From Nitrospinaceae bacterium (GTDB lineage: Bacteria; Nitrospinota; Nitrospinia; Nitrospinales; Nitrospinaceae), in contig OZ250172.1 of the NCBI GenBank assembly GCA_965237905.1, positions 1,856,001 through 1,920,000 on the forward strand: a stretch of DNA of 64,000 nt, written 5' to 3'. Position numbers and translations under genes: made by a program. Below the pieces are notes generated by a model, which was given only the letters and a program-made list of their open reading frames with translations, was not told the origin of the DNA and did not search any database. Below are positions 38,369 to 48,926 of the stretch, one piece after another (position 1 is the first letter of the stretch; each line of letters begins with the position of its first letter).

Positions 38369-40321
38369 TTATCTGATTTTGTTCCTATATCGGGCGAGGG
38401 CCATGAGGGGGAAGAAGATCTGGTACAGGTGGTACTTGATATAAAAATGGCGCGGGAAACCGGTGCCGGTGAATTCATGTTCGTACCAGCTGCCATTCTT
38501 TTTCTGATGTTTACCGAGGTATTGAATGCCACGCTTGGCGGCGGGGCTTTCGGCGGCGTCGGCTTCGATCAGTCCCATCACCGCCCAGGCGGTTTGTGAG
38601 TTCGTGCTTTTACCTTTCCCGCGGAGATTGGACATTTCATAACTCCGACAAGTTTCGCCCCAGCCGCCGTCCTCGTTCTGATGTTCCTTCAACCATTCAG
38701 CGGCACGGCGGATGTAGGACTGGCTGGGGTCTTCGCCGATCGACCGCAAGCCGCTCAACACCAGCCACGTCCCGTAAATATAATTCACTCCCCATCGACC
38801 GAACCAGCACCCGTCGGCTTCCTGCTCGCTCTTGATGAACTGTAAGGCGCGTTGCACCATCGGGTCGTCGATGTCGTGATTGATGCGCCCGAGCATCCAC
38901 AGAATGCGGCCCGTCACGTCGACCGTCGGCGGGTCGAGCATGGCACCGTGGTCGGCGAAAGGAATCTTATTAAACAGTTCGTGGTCGTTGTCCTGGTCGA
39001 ACGCCGCCCACCCGCCGTTTTTGCTTTGCATGCTGAACAGCCAGGTGAGGGCGCGCTGCATTTCCTTGCCCTTCCATATCGTGTCGGGAATAGCGGTGCG
39101 GTCCAACGCCATCAGAATTTCCGCGGTGTCGTCGCAGTCCGGGTACGGTTCGTTGTAAAACTCGAACGCCCAGCCACCTGCCGGGGTTTTCGGATTTTTA
39201 ACCATCCAGTCACCGGGACGCGTCACCTGTTTTCTCAGCATCCATTCTCCGGCCTTGACGATGGCGGGATGATCGCCCGGCACCCCGGCATCCATCAACG
39301 CGTTGCAGGAGAGCGAGGTGTCCCACAGCGGCGAGACGCAGGCCTGGGAAATCAGTTGGTTCCCGCGGTCGATGATGAACCGGTCGATGGCCTCGTAGCC
39401 TTTGACCATGAGTGGGTCATCGTTTTCGTATCCCATTAGTTTCAACGCCATCATCGAATTCAACATGGCCGGCTGGATACCGGCGAAGTCGCCTTCCGGC
39501 TCCTGATGGTCGAGCGTCCACTGCAAGGCGCGCCTCAAGGCCCAACCCCGGAACGGCTTGATGGGTGATTTGCCGAGGAACTTAAGGAACCGGTCGACTT
39601 TCAAAAAAAAGTTCGGCCAGTTCAATCCGCTTTTTTTGGATTGGAGGGACAAGTCCTGGTCGGCACTGGTGAATATCTCCTGCACCGACTGCTCGGCTTT
39701 CAGCGGCCACACCGGTTTGTGGGCGGCGACGATAGTCAGCGGCACCACGGTACCGCGCGACCAGCTCGACATCTCGTAAATATTGAAGTAGAAACTTTTG
39801 GGGAGCAGGATGATTTCCACCGGCATGGCGGGCACGTCGTCCCACGAACTTTGCCCCAGCATGGCCAGAAAGACTTTGGTGAAGACCCGGGCCTTGCGTA
39901 CCCCGCCCCGGGTGAAGATGCATTTGAGGGCGCGGGCCATCTCCGGCGCGTTGAGGTCCATCCCCGCCATGCGGAGCGCAACGTAGGACTCTACCGTGGT
40001 GCTGATATCGCTGGTCTCTCCGTAATACAGGGGCCATCCGCCGTCCGACTGCTGGGTTTTCAGCAGGGTATTCTTGCACTTCTCCACCCGCTCCGGGTTC
40101 CAGATCCCCATAAAATGCATGAAAAACACATATTCCGCGACCATGGTGGCGTTGGATTCCAGCTCGGCCACCCAGTACCCGTCCGGATGCTGGAGGGAGA
40201 ACAGGTAATCCTTCGCCCGGTCAATCGCCCTGTCCAGGGGTGACTCCGTCTTTGCCTTGGGTACCGGAGAACCCAAGGGTGATGCTGATTTTTCAACGGT
40301 TTCAGGTTTTTGCTCGGGCAT
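38369..40321 (-). CDS. shc: Squalene-hopene cyclase
   Basis: QW repeats (QxxDGxW); YPDCDDTAE catalytic motif; WFGRWGVNYIYG; GTGFP. Confidence 0.96.
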   Translation of the reverse strand: MPEQKPETVEKSASPLGSPVPKAKTESPLDRAIDRAKDYLFSLQHPDGYWVAELESNATMVAEYVFFMHFMGIWNPERVEKCKNTLLKTQQSDGGWPLYYGETSDISTTVESYVALRMAGMDLNAPEMARALKCIFTRGGVRKARVFTKVFLAMLGQSSWDDVPAMPVEIILLPKSFYFNIYEMSSWSRGTVVPLTIVAAHKPVWPLKAEQSVQEIFTSADQDLSLQSKKSGLNWPNFFLKVDRFLKFLGKSPIKPFRGWALRRALQWTLDHQEPEGDFAGIQPAMLNSMMALKLMGYENDDPLMVKGYEAIDRFIIDRGNQLISQACVSPLWDTSLSCNALMDAGVPGDHPAIVKAGEWMLRKQVTRPGDWMVKNPKTPAGGWAFEFYNEPYPDCDDTAEILMALDRTAIPDTIWKGKEMQRALTWLFSMQSKNGGWAAFDQDNDHELFNKIPFADHGAMLDPPTVDVTGRILWMLGRINHDIDDPMVQRALQFIKSEQEADGCWFGRWGVNYIYGTWLVLSGLRSIGEDPSQSYIRRAAEWLKEHQNEDGGWGETCRSYEMSNLRGKGKSTNSQTAWAVMGLIEADAAESPAAKRGIQYLGKHQKKNGSWYEHEFTGTGFPRHFYIKYHLYQIFFPLMALARYRNKIR

Positions 40322-40481
40322 GAATCACCTGGAAAAACTAAGTGGGTGGCTGTGGTTCCGGTCCGGGATGTCCTGGGACGGGGTGACAGTCCTGATAGAG
40401 GGTTCAAATATCAGTGACCTTCCCTCATTATAATCAAGAAACGGAAATTTACAAATAGTCATAAAGGGGTCGCTTTCCCTG

Positions 40482-40510
40482 TTGACAGACTGGCCGGAAT
40501 TTCTTATTAT
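40482..40510 (+). promoter_or_regulatory. Sigma70 promoter of rplM-rpsI
   Basis: TTGACA-17 nt-TATTAT. Confidence 0.7.
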
Positions 40511-40549
40511 GACTGGTTTTAAACCCTTACATAAATATCTGATTTTTTT

Positions 40550-40978
40550 ATGAAAACGTTTTCAGCCAAGCCACAGGACGTCGTCAAAAACTGGGTCGTG
40601 ATCGATGCGGCGGACCAGGCACTGGGCCGGGTCGCCAGCAAGGTGGCGGCGATTGTCCGCGGCAAGACCAAGCCCATTTACACCCCGCATGTGGATACCG
40701 GCGACAATGTCATTATCATCAATGCCGCGCAGGTCAAACTGACCGGGAACAAGTGGGGCAATAAAATTTATCATCATCACACCGGTTACATCGGGCATTT
40801 GCGATCCGCCAGCGCGAAGCAGATTATGGAAAAGAATCCGCGCGAACTGCTCAAGAAAGCGATCAACGGCATGTTGCCGAAGACTCGGCTGGGGCGGACG
40901 CTACGCAGTAATTACCGGATTTATGATAACGCAGAACATCCTCACAGCGGACAAAAACCCGAAGTGGTTTCCGTTTAA
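40550..40978 (+). CDS. rplM: 50S ribosomal protein L13
   Basis: WVVIDA, LGRVAS, YTPHVDTGD and GMLPK motifs. Confidence 0.98.
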   Translation: MKTFSAKPQDVVKNWVVIDAADQALGRVASKVAAIVRGKTKPIYTPHVDTGDNVIIINAAQVKLTGNKWGNKIYHHHTGYIGHLRSASAKQIMEKNPRELLKKAINGMLPKTRLGRTLRSNYRIYDNAEHPHSGQKPEVVSV

Positions 40979-41027
40979 GTAATCATCTTTGAAGGACCGG
41001 GGCAATCCCCGGTATGGAGCACACTCA

Positions 41028-41417
41028 GTGGAAGATAGATATTACGCAACTGGCAGAAGAAAAGAAGCGACCGCCAAGGTCTGGATTCAGGCCGGCGAAG
41101 GCAGCATCATCGTCAATGGCAAAGAACTCAGTGCCTACTTCGGACGGAAAACCGCTGATATGATCGTGCATCAACCACTGGTCCTCACCGACAATCTTAA
41201 ATCTCTCGATATCAAAGCCACCGTTTTGGGCGGTGGATTATCCGGCCAGGCCGGAGCGCTCCGATTGGGTATTTCCCGAGCCCTGATCGTATCCAATCCC
41301 GAACTCAGGCCTCCTCTGAAAAAAGCCGGGTTCCTCACCCGTGATCCCCGCGAAGTCGAACGTAAAAAATATGGACGTGCCGGGGCTCGTAAACGTTTCC
41401 AGTTCTCCAAGCGTTAA
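41028..41417 (+). CDS. rpsI: 30S ribosomal protein S9 (GTG start after GGAG RBS)
   Basis: [16 protein letters not shown] and ERKKYG...QFSKR motifs. Confidence 0.97.
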   Translation: MEDRYYATGRRKEATAKVWIQAGEGSIIVNGKELSAYFGRKTADMIVHQPLVLTDNLKSLDIKATVLGGGLSGQAGALRLGISRALIVSNPELRPPLKKAGFLTRDPREVERKKYGRAGARKRFQFSKR

Positions 41418-41435
41418 CCACCGGCGAAGCGCCTG

Positions 41436-41565
41436 CCAGCGTAACGCTGGACCCAGCTTGGCTTGGGGCGTTGCGGAGTTTTCTTCCGTTTCTTTCGCAT
41501 CAAAAGGTTTTTAAATATCCCCTGCGGGCGTGGCCCGCTTAAAATTACCTGCGGAGGTACTCCGC
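41436..41565. repeat. Composite palindromic repeat family A, copy 2
   Basis: CCAGCGTAACGCTGGACCCA ... TTAAAATTACCTGCGGAGGTACTCCGC. Confidence 0.8.
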
Positions 41566-41669
41566 ATTTCCCTGTATAATTAATCTCTGTTAGCGATTGT
41601 GGCAAACGTTTGCCGTTTGCCGGACCGTGCGACTCTCTTTTATCGGAGTCCATGGCACAAGGATCTGTT

Positions 41670-42707
41670 ATGAAAAAAATCAGTATTGCAGGCGCGACCG
41701 GGTACACGGGTATCGAACTACTCCGCCTTCTGGTGAAACATCCAGAGGTAGAGATAGGTTCCCTCACCGCCGAGTCGCATGCCGGAAAAAATATCGCCAC
41801 CGTGGCCCCTTCGTTGAAGGGTTGGGCCGATCAGACGCTGGTCAAGCTGTCGCCGGCGGTGGCGCAGGAGTGTGATGTGTTGTTCCTCGCATTGCCGCAC
41901 ACCACTTCGATGAAGCATGTGCCGGAGTTGTTGCAAAGCGACTGCAAGATCATCGACCTCAGTGCCGACTACCGCCTGCATGAGGCTGAGGTGTACGACC
42001 AGTGGTACCAGACGTCGCACCTCAATCCGGAGTTGTTGAGTCAGGCGGTTTACGGATTGCCGGAGTTGCACCGGAAGGCAATCAAAAAAGCGCAACTGGT
42101 GGCGAATCCGGGATGCTACCCGACGAGTGCGATACTAGCACTGGCTCCGTTCATGCAGCAGGACTGGGCGGACCGGGAATCGATCATCATCGATTCCAAA
42201 TCCGGTGTTTCGGGTGCCGGACGCAAACTCAGCCAGACGACGCAGTTTTGCGAAGCCAACGAATCGGTCGCCGCTTACGGCCTGGGCGAACACCGTCACA
42301 CGCCGGAGATCGAGCAGGAGTTGAGCGGTCTCGCGGAACAGAGCATCACCGTATCGTTTTCGCCGCACCTGATGCCGATGACGCGCGGCATGCTCACCAC
42401 CGCTTATGTCAATTTGAAGAAAACCGTAGCCCGCGACGAGTTGCACGATCATTTTGCAAAATTCTATAAGAATGAGCGGTTTGTACGGGTGCTCGAGGCG
42501 GGGCAGTATGCCAACACCGCCCATGTCGCCGGATCGAATTTCTGCGACATCGGCGTGCAGGTGGACACGCGCAACCAACGCGCCATCGTCACCAGTGCGA
42601 TCGATAATTTGATGAAAGGCGCCTCCAGCCAGGCGATCCAGAATATGAACCTCATGCTGGGGATCGACGAGACCACCGGGCTCGATGCGCCTCCCCTGTT
42701 TCCATAA
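41670..42707 (+). CDS. argC: N-acetyl-gamma-glutamyl-phosphate reductase
   Basis: GATGYTG, IDLSADYR, ANPGCYPT, SGVSGAG and IDNLMKGA motifs. Confidence 0.96.
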   Translation: MKKISIAGATGYTGIELLRLLVKHPEVEIGSLTAESHAGKNIATVAPSLKGWADQTLVKLSPAVAQECDVLFLALPHTTSMKHVPELLQSDCKIIDLSADYRLHEAEVYDQWYQTSHLNPELLSQAVYGLPELHRKAIKKAQLVANPGCYPTSAILALAPFMQQDWADRESIIIDSKSGVSGAGRKLSQTTQFCEANESVAAYGLGEHRHTPEIEQELSGLAEQSITVSFSPHLMPMTRGMLTTAYVNLKKTVARDELHDHFAKFYKNERFVRVLEAGQYANTAHVAGSNFCDIGVQVDTRNQRAIVTSAIDNLMKGASSQAIQNMNLMLGIDETTGLDAPPLFP

Positions 42708-42713
42708 TTCAAA

Positions 42714-43910
42714 ATGAAATTGAAAGAGTTGAAACAGTTTCAGGTGCCCGGTTTTCTGGCCGGAGGCATCGCGTGCGGTCTCAAGAAGAAGGGCGTCAAG
42801 GACCTCACCCTGATTGTCTCCGAAGTGCCGGCGACGGCGGCGGGGATGTTCACGCAAAACCAGATGGTGTCTCCGACAGTACCGATCAGCCGGAAAGCGC
42901 TCAAGGCCTCCCAGACCATTCGCGCCATTATCGCCAACAGCGGCAACGCCAACGCCTTCACCGGGCCGCAGGGAGTGAAAGATTGCCAAGCGGTGGTGGC
43001 GGCAACCGCGAAGGCCCTGGATATTCCGGCGCAAGAGGTGCTGACCGCATCCACCGGTGTCATCAGCGTTCCCCTGGCGGTGAAAACAATTGAAGCGGGT
43101 ATTCCCAAACTGGTGAATCAGCTGTCCCCGAAGGGATGGAGTCAAGCCGCCGAAGGCATCATGACCACCGACCTGGTGTCCAAAACCTGCGCCGTGCAGT
43201 ATGGAGATATTATCGTGGGCGGCATTTCCAAAGGATCGGGCATGATCCAGCCGAACATGGCGACCATGCTGGCGTTCCTCGCCAGCAACATCCGGATCGA
43301 CAAGCGAACATTACAAAAAGCACTGAAAGCGGCGGTGGACCCGACGTTCAACTGCATCACCGTCGACGGCGAAACCAGTACCAACGATATGGTGCTGTTA
43401 CTGGCCAACGGCCAGGCGGGTAACTCATCGGTGAAAGCGGGATCGAAAGCGTACAAGGGTTTTGTAATCGCGCTGACGCATGTGTGCAAAACGCTGGCGT
43501 TTAAAATCGTGGAAGACGGAGAAGGCGCCACCAAGTTCGTCACCTTAAAAGTGAACGGCGCGAAAACGACCAAGCAGGCGGAGCAGATTGGTAAACGGCT
43601 GGCCAATTCCCTGTTAGTGAAAACGGCGCTGTTCGGGGAGGACCCGAACTGGGGGCGGATTATCTCCGCTGTGGGAAGCGCCGGGGTGCTGATCAAACCC
43701 GAGAAGCTGGAGGTCGTTTTGAACGGGACATCGCTGGTCAAAAACGGCGAGCATGTCAAAGGCGTGTCCGCGTCCGCGCTGAAGAAAAAAATGAAGAGCA
43801 AGGAAATTGAAATCGTCATCGGCCTGCACATGGGCAAAGCTCATGCCGAGACCTACACCTGCGATTTGTCCTACGATTACGTCCGCATCAACGCTGAATA
43901 CACGACTTAA
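42714..43910 (+). CDS. argJ: Ornithine acetyltransferase
   Basis: NSGNANA, KGSGMIQPNMATML, VDGETSTND and DGEGATK motifs. Confidence 0.96.
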   Translation: MKLKELKQFQVPGFLAGGIACGLKKKGVKDLTLIVSEVPATAAGMFTQNQMVSPTVPISRKALKASQTIRAIIANSGNANAFTGPQGVKDCQAVVAATAKALDIPAQEVLTASTGVISVPLAVKTIEAGIPKLVNQLSPKGWSQAAEGIMTTDLVSKTCAVQYGDIIVGGISKGSGMIQPNMATMLAFLASNIRIDKRTLQKALKAAVDPTFNCITVDGETSTNDMVLLLANGQAGNSSVKAGSKAYKGFVIALTHVCKTLAFKIVEDGEGATKFVTLKVNGAKTTKQAEQIGKRLANSLLVKTALFGEDPNWGRIISAVGSAGVLIKPEKLEVVLNGTSLVKNGEHVKGVSASALKKKMKSKEIEIVIGLHMGKAHAETYTCDLSYDYVRINAEYTT

Positions 43911-43917
43911 AATTTTA

Positions 43918-44379
43918 TTATTTGAAGACGGCGCCGCATCCGCGGCATTGAAGTTGGGCGGGGAAGAACAGGCCGGGGAGGCCAAGCAGCAGCATGTTCA
44001 GCCACAGGGGTACGGGACCGGGCAGGGTTTTGTGGGCATTGATGCTGAGGCACCGCGGGCAGATCACGGGTTTGGTGCCCTCCGGGATATCTTTCCAGGA
44101 TGACGCGGTTTCCTCCTCCTTTATTTCCATTTCATAATCCTCTTCGATGTCTTCCAGAAGATCGACCCCCTCCTCCATCATCAGGTCCAGAATGTCGAGC
44201 GCGTCGTCAGCGTCCTGTTCCGGCACCTGCAGGCGAATTTCCACGTACCCGCCCTGCATGGGGTTGGTGTTGTCGTCCCGAATCACAGTTGAGATGCCTT
44301 TTTCCTCGAGGAAGGACGCGGCCATCTCGGCCTCGTGCGGCATTTGAAAGCTGGCGATGGTCACGAATCGGTTTTCCAT
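43918..44379 (-). CDS. DUF2007-domain protein with a C-terminal CxxC...CxxC
   Basis: MENRFVTIASF...EAEMAASFLEEKGI...IRLQVPEQD; CPRC and CRGC. Confidence 0.75.
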   Translation of the reverse strand: MENRFVTIASFQMPHEAEMAASFLEEKGISTVIRDDNTNPMQGGYVEIRLQVPEQDADDALDILDLMMEEGVDLLEDIEEDYEMEIKEEETASSWKDIPEGTKPVICPRCLSINAHKTLPGPVPLWLNMLLLGLPGLFFPAQLQCRGCGAVFK

Positions 44380-44422
44380 ACCGTCAGTGTATGACAAAAA
44401 GGAACGCGGTTGAAGGGAGTGT

Positions 44423-44869
44423 TTACTGTGCCCGGAAGGTGTGATCGCAGGCGCGGCAGTGCAGGGGGCGTCCAATCCATAAGTAGGGCAATCCCAACAG
44501 CAATCCATTGAGAAATCGTTCGATGGGATAGTGGAGTTCCTCTGCGAATCCTTCGCTGCCGCAGTGCGGGCATTCGATCGACTCCGGAGGTCTCGGGCCG
44601 TGTTCTTCGGGCATCGTGGCTGATAATGCTTCCTCATCCTGCAGTTCCACGTCGGGCACCGAGTCCAGAATTTCCTGCGCCTCTTTGAGATTGACGCTCG
44701 GCACCTGCACTTTGACTCCACCGAGTGCCGGGGAATAGAGTTGGTTGATGCTGATGAGATGTTCGTCTTGGATGAAGACGGGAATATCCGCCGCCTCCAG
44801 GCGCGATTTGGCGAGGTGGGCCTGGTAAGGCATGTTGAACGAAGCGACGGTGACGAGTTTAGATTCCAT
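44423..44869 (-). CDS. DUF2007-domain protein with a C-terminal CxxC...CxxC (paralog)
   Basis: AHLAKSRLEAADIP...GGVKVQV; CPHC and CRAC. Confidence 0.8.
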   Translation of the reverse strand: MESKLVTVASFNMPYQAHLAKSRLEAADIPVFIQDEHLISINQLYSPALGGVKVQVPSVNLKEAQEILDSVPDVELQDEEALSATMPEEHGPRPPESIECPHCGSEGFAEELHYPIERFLNGLLLGLPYLWIGRPLHCRACDHTFRAQ

Positions 44870-44943
44870 AGCCTCAGTCTATCGCAATAAGGCCGATCTG
44901 AACACTCCATCGCCGGGATAACGGGAGAAAGTGACAGAGGCGG

Positions 44944-46119
44944 TCATTCTTTAGCCCCGTGTTTCCTGAGAAGGTCGGCTACTTTTTCCTTCTTCCCAAG
45001 GATTGCCCTTTGAAGCGGCGTTCTGCTTTTAATGTCTTTGGCATTGACGTCGGCACCATTTTGGATGAGCAATTGAACCATCTTGGTGTAACCGAAAAAA
45101 ACCGCACTGTGAAGCGGCGTTGAGCCGTATTTGCCGGCTTTAACGTTGACGTCGGCACCGTTTTGGATGAGTAGTTGGGCCGTCTTATAGCGACCCTCAC
45201 CGGGTCCCTCACCGGCCGCCCAGAAAAGCGGTGTGTGTCCTTTATTGTCTTTAGCATGGACATCGGCACCTTTTTGGATGAGGAGTTGAGCCACCTGATC
45301 GCGGCCATGACGTGCCGCCCACATCAGCGGCGTTTGGCCATTGTCGGCTTTGGCATTGACGTCGGCGCCTTTTTGGAGGAGTCGTTCAACCTCCGTAACG
45401 GAGCCGCCAAAAACCGCCATGAAAAGCGGTGTTTGTCCAAATTGATCTCTATGGTAGACGTCGTCGAGAAAGGCAAATCTGGAGTCCGAAACTCCGTACG
45501 AACCTCTATTGTTGGCGTGGGCGCGAGCGGCAGAGCCGGATTCCGAAGCTCCGTGTTTTCTGAGCAGGTCGGCCATTTTTTTATTGTTCCTTTGGAGTGC
45601 TCTGTCAAGCGCCGTGCCTCTCTCGTTTGCGGTATTGAGGTCGGCGCCATTTTGGATCAGCAATTGGGCGACCTCATAATAGCCAAAAGAGGACGCCCAC
45701 ATAAGCGACGTGCCTCCATATGCGTTTCTGGCATTGACGTCGGCGCCGTTTTTAATGAGTAGTTCGGCCGTCTCAGGGTGACCCTTACTCTTATCCTTAC
45801 CCTTATCGACCGTCATGTGAAGCGGCGTGTTTCTTGACCCGTCTCTGCCATTGACGTAGGCGCCTTTTTGCAGGAGTAGTTGGGCTGTTTTAGTGTGACC
45901 GTAAAAAGCCGCAGTGTGAAGCGGCGTTCTGCCCCATCTGCCAGCATTAGAGTTGACGTCGGCGCCTGCTTGTATGAGTCGTTCGACCTCTGCATCCGAA
46001 CCATTCCGGGCGGCAGTGTCGATTTTTGAGACAGGCAGTATCGAGCATGCCTGGCATGCCAGGCTTGATATCGCAACCAACAGAAAACATTTCCAGAAAG
46101 TACGGGTCATTTGTTTCAT
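44944..46119 (-). CDS. Ankyrin-repeat protein, probably exported
   Basis: Repeated TPLHxA...LLIQNGADVNA in two blocks; hydrophobic Cys-containing N-terminus. Confidence 0.93.
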   Translation of the reverse strand: MKQMTRTFWKCFLLVAISSLACQACSILPVSKIDTAARNGSDAEVERLIQAGADVNSNAGRWGRTPLHTAAFYGHTKTAQLLLQKGAYVNGRDGSRNTPLHMTVDKGKDKSKGHPETAELLIKNGADVNARNAYGGTSLMWASSFGYYEVAQLLIQNGADLNTANERGTALDRALQRNNKKMADLLRKHGASESGSAARAHANNRGSYGVSDSRFAFLDDVYHRDQFGQTPLFMAVFGGSVTEVERLLQKGADVNAKADNGQTPLMWAARHGRDQVAQLLIQKGADVHAKDNKGHTPLFWAAGEGPGEGRYKTAQLLIQNGADVNVKAGKYGSTPLHSAVFFGYTKMVQLLIQNGADVNAKDIKSRTPLQRAILGKKEKVADLLRKHGAKE

Positions 46120-46206
46120 CGGATGGTACCCCCCCTAAAGTTTATAAGCGCATCCTCGAGATGGATAATATCATGTGAAGCGGATTCAATTTCCATTTTT
46201 TTTCTC

Positions 46207-47847
46207 TTATTGACGCTGATTTTCAAGGGCCGGCTTGAGACGGTACTCGGTGTAGGCGGAGCCGAGGTAGAGGGCGATGTCGCCTTCATCTGTCTCACTG
46301 TCAAAAACAGCACCTTGATCATCCGTAAGGTCGGGGCCGACGCCGTATAGAATCATTCCATTATCCATCGCCTTCATTTTAAGCGGTTCGCCGCTGAACG
46401 GGTCTATGGGAATTTCCGTGATGTATTTCGGCACCAGAGCGTCCAATTTTTTCGGATATCTCCCGTGATCGGAATGGTACGCGGCGGCAGCCAATCCCAG
46501 TTGGGTCAGAAGTCTATGGGTTTGGCTATGGGCCACTCGCTCAAAGTAGTTCGAAATCTCGGAAAAGGCTATTGTTGTTAAAAGTCCAAATTCGGGGTTA
46601 TCGCTTGGCTCGGTATCCCATTCTTTAAATTCCGGTCCGGATTTGTGATATGGTTTTTGTGTGAACTTGTGAATTTTTTCCCAGTATCTTTTATGACTCA
46701 CCACGTCGTCATGGTAAAGGAATATCCGGTACAGGATGCCAAATGAAAACAATGTGGGGAGACTATTGGGTTCCAGGGGTGCCAAAGCATAATGTTCCAA
46801 GATATTGGTTGAAGGACGATGCAGTAAAATGTCAGCTATAATGAAAGTTTGCACGGCCTCTTCAAAGATCATACTTTTGTGGAAAGCCTGCGCAATGTGA
46901 TCGTGGGGTTTGACCGGCAGATGGATTTTGATCTTTGACTTGCCGGGTTGTTCGGCAAGTATCGTTTCCAAAGCTTGCTTGGATTTCGCACGGATCGCGT
47001 TTGCTATCAGGATATTGATCAAATGAGGTGTTTGCTCCAGATGTTCCGCAATTTTGTTCATGTAAGATATATTTTCCAATGCGGCGGCCATCTGTCCGCT
47101 CAAAGCATAGGTGCGGGCCTCCAGTCCCAGTAGTCGGGTGGCGTTTCTCAAGGGAGTAATCGGTTCGAGAATAAAATCGAACGATAATCTCAAGGGTTGG
47201 TAGTAATTGGGTTTTTGAGACGCTTCTTTGAATAAAGCCAGAGCTCTTTTTTTCTCCCGTAGCAGGTTTTGGGCTTTATCCGATTTGGGGTCAAAGGCCG
47301 GGTTAGCTGTCTCCTTCTTAAGCCAATCGGGGACGTCCCCCAACTCCTGGGCGGCTTGGTCATACAGTTCGGCAGCGTTTTGGTCATGCGCAGGGGGAGC
47401 CTGTAACAGGGTCTGGACTTTGTTCAAGGCCGAGGTTTGGGCGGCGATTGCCTCTAGCCTGGCAGTGTTGTCCAGGACCGTCATCGTGAACCATTGGAAG
47501 ACGAGGACGATGAACAAAACTCCTGACAATTTGGAGCGGGACCAGTGAGCCGCCCTTGGGATTGCGCCGGTGGGTTGACGGCCCCACTTAATTAGAATCC
47601 AACTCCCGGAGATGAAGAGTAGGGTCCAGAGCAATGTGTAAGGGAATAACCATTGTGGACGGACGTTAAAGTAAAGTAAAAATCCCGCGAAGACAGTTGC
47701 GGCAATGCCTAGTCCGCCGAGTAGCAACGCCATCAGGATGGGCCACAGGGCCGGCCATTTTTTCAGCCGTCCGGAACAAGCAAACACCACCGCCACCATC
47801 AGTAGAGCCGAGGCCATCGCTTCCAGCCAGAGCAATAAGTATCCCAT
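46207..47847 (-). CDS. Membrane protein with a GspG/pseudopilin-like C-terminal domain
   Basis: Four N-terminal TM helices; C-terminal AYHSDHGRYPKKLDALVPKYITEIPIDPFSG. Confidence 0.7.
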   Translation of the reverse strand: MGYLLLWLEAMASALLMVAVVFACSGRLKKWPALWPILMALLLGGLGIAATVFAGFLLYFNVRPQWLFPYTLLWTLLFISGSWILIKWGRQPTGAIPRAAHWSRSKLSGVLFIVLVFQWFTMTVLDNTARLEAIAAQTSALNKVQTLLQAPPAHDQNAAELYDQAAQELGDVPDWLKKETANPAFDPKSDKAQNLLREKKRALALFKEASQKPNYYQPLRLSFDFILEPITPLRNATRLLGLEARTYALSGQMAAALENISYMNKIAEHLEQTPHLINILIANAIRAKSKQALETILAEQPGKSKIKIHLPVKPHDHIAQAFHKSMIFEEAVQTFIIADILLHRPSTNILEHYALAPLEPNSLPTLFSFGILYRIFLYHDDVVSHKRYWEKIHKFTQKPYHKSGPEFKEWDTEPSDNPEFGLLTTIAFSEISNYFERVAHSQTHRLLTQLGLAAAAYHSDHGRYPKKLDALVPKYITEIPIDPFSGEPLKMKAMDNGMILYGVGPDLTDDQGAVFDSETDEGDIALYLGSAYTEYRLKPALENQRQ

Positions 47848-47912
47848 TGAAAAACTCCCGATAGATTTCTTCTATTCAGGGTAAGGCAAAACGGGCGAGA
47901 TGCTAGTGCTTT

Positions 47913-48278
47913 TTAGTCACAGTTGCGGTTGTAGGTGTTGATGAGGGTGCTGACTTCGTCGCCATCGAGTGACTGGGTCCATTCGTAGACGTATTTCAAT
48001 TGTTCGATTTTGGAGCGGAGGAGGTCGCTGAGGTCGCGGCGCAGGATTTCACGGAACATGGTTTCGACGGTCAAAAACTGAGGTTGTCGCGGATGCCTGC
48101 CGAAAATGGGTGGCAGGTTGGACGGTTTGTAAGTCTTGATGGCCTTGGCGAATATTTCTTCCCATTGCAGGCCGGCTTTCTCACGGATCTCGTTGGCCTT
48201 GCGGATGGCGTTCAGCGCCTCGGCGTCGTTGGAAGATTTGGTCAATTCCAGGAGTTTGAGAATTTTATCCTGTGGCAT
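47913..48278 (-). CDS. Hypothetical protein with a DUF2786-like N-terminus
   Basis: DKILKLLELTKSSNDAEALNAIRKA. Confidence 0.65.
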   Translation of the reverse strand: MPQDKILKLLELTKSSNDAEALNAIRKANEIREKAGLQWEEIFAKAIKTYKPSNLPPIFGRHPRQPQFLTVETMFREILRRDLSDLLRSKIEQLKYVYEWTQSLDGDEVSTLINTYNRNCD

Positions 48279-48926
48279 GGTAATTCTGTTGGCCTTCCGG
48301 TTACGGGATGATTTCATTCAATTATACTTGAAACCCAAGAGCAATCCAGCCCTGTTCCTCACCCTGAGAGGTGAACCCTCCTTGGGTTCACCCCTGTAGC
48401 TCCTCATTAGGATTTTGGTGAGTATTTTCCCGATCGGTTACAGGGGGGGAATTGGGAATATCTTTTTTGGAACCACAGATTTCCTCCAATAGCCTAGCTA
48501 TCCGAATGCGGATAATAGCGGGTTTCCGAAAGGCCTGGGCGGGGTCCTCCCGGGAATAGAAGCAGAGTGGCTGAATTTACGGGGCTTTCTGGATCCAGGA
48601 AAGTCTCAAGGCCTCTATTTACCAAGGGTTGCTTTCCATCCGGAATTATATAACCGCTTGATATTAATATGGTTCCTGTTATCCTGATAATATTCTAAGT
48701 TAAAACAACCCCCGTAAGGGTCTTTGACAGTGCGTGAACAGGCGAATTCTCCTCGGGAAAATCCAACGAGGGCCGTTGTCTGGGTGCGCCGATGGTGGAT
48801 GGGCGTGAGTGTGGTTACGGCGGTGGGTTTCAATATATTTGCGGGATGCATTGTTTAAAAAAACGCAAAACTTCCTGAAGGGTCTCAGGAAGAGTCGATT
48901 AACCTTATCATTTTTTTTCGAGTTTT

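Noticed and set aside
44380..44910. N-terminal extension of the 330-aa ORF 43918..44910
   Set aside because: It overlaps the real DUF2007 gene 44423..44869 in another frame; the true start is ATG 44379.
48320..48926. Long intergenic region with a GGTGAACCC/GGGTTCACC hairpin as a possible riboswitch or ncRNA
   Set aside because: Only isolated hairpins and no recognisable family motif; consistent with a divergent promoter region.
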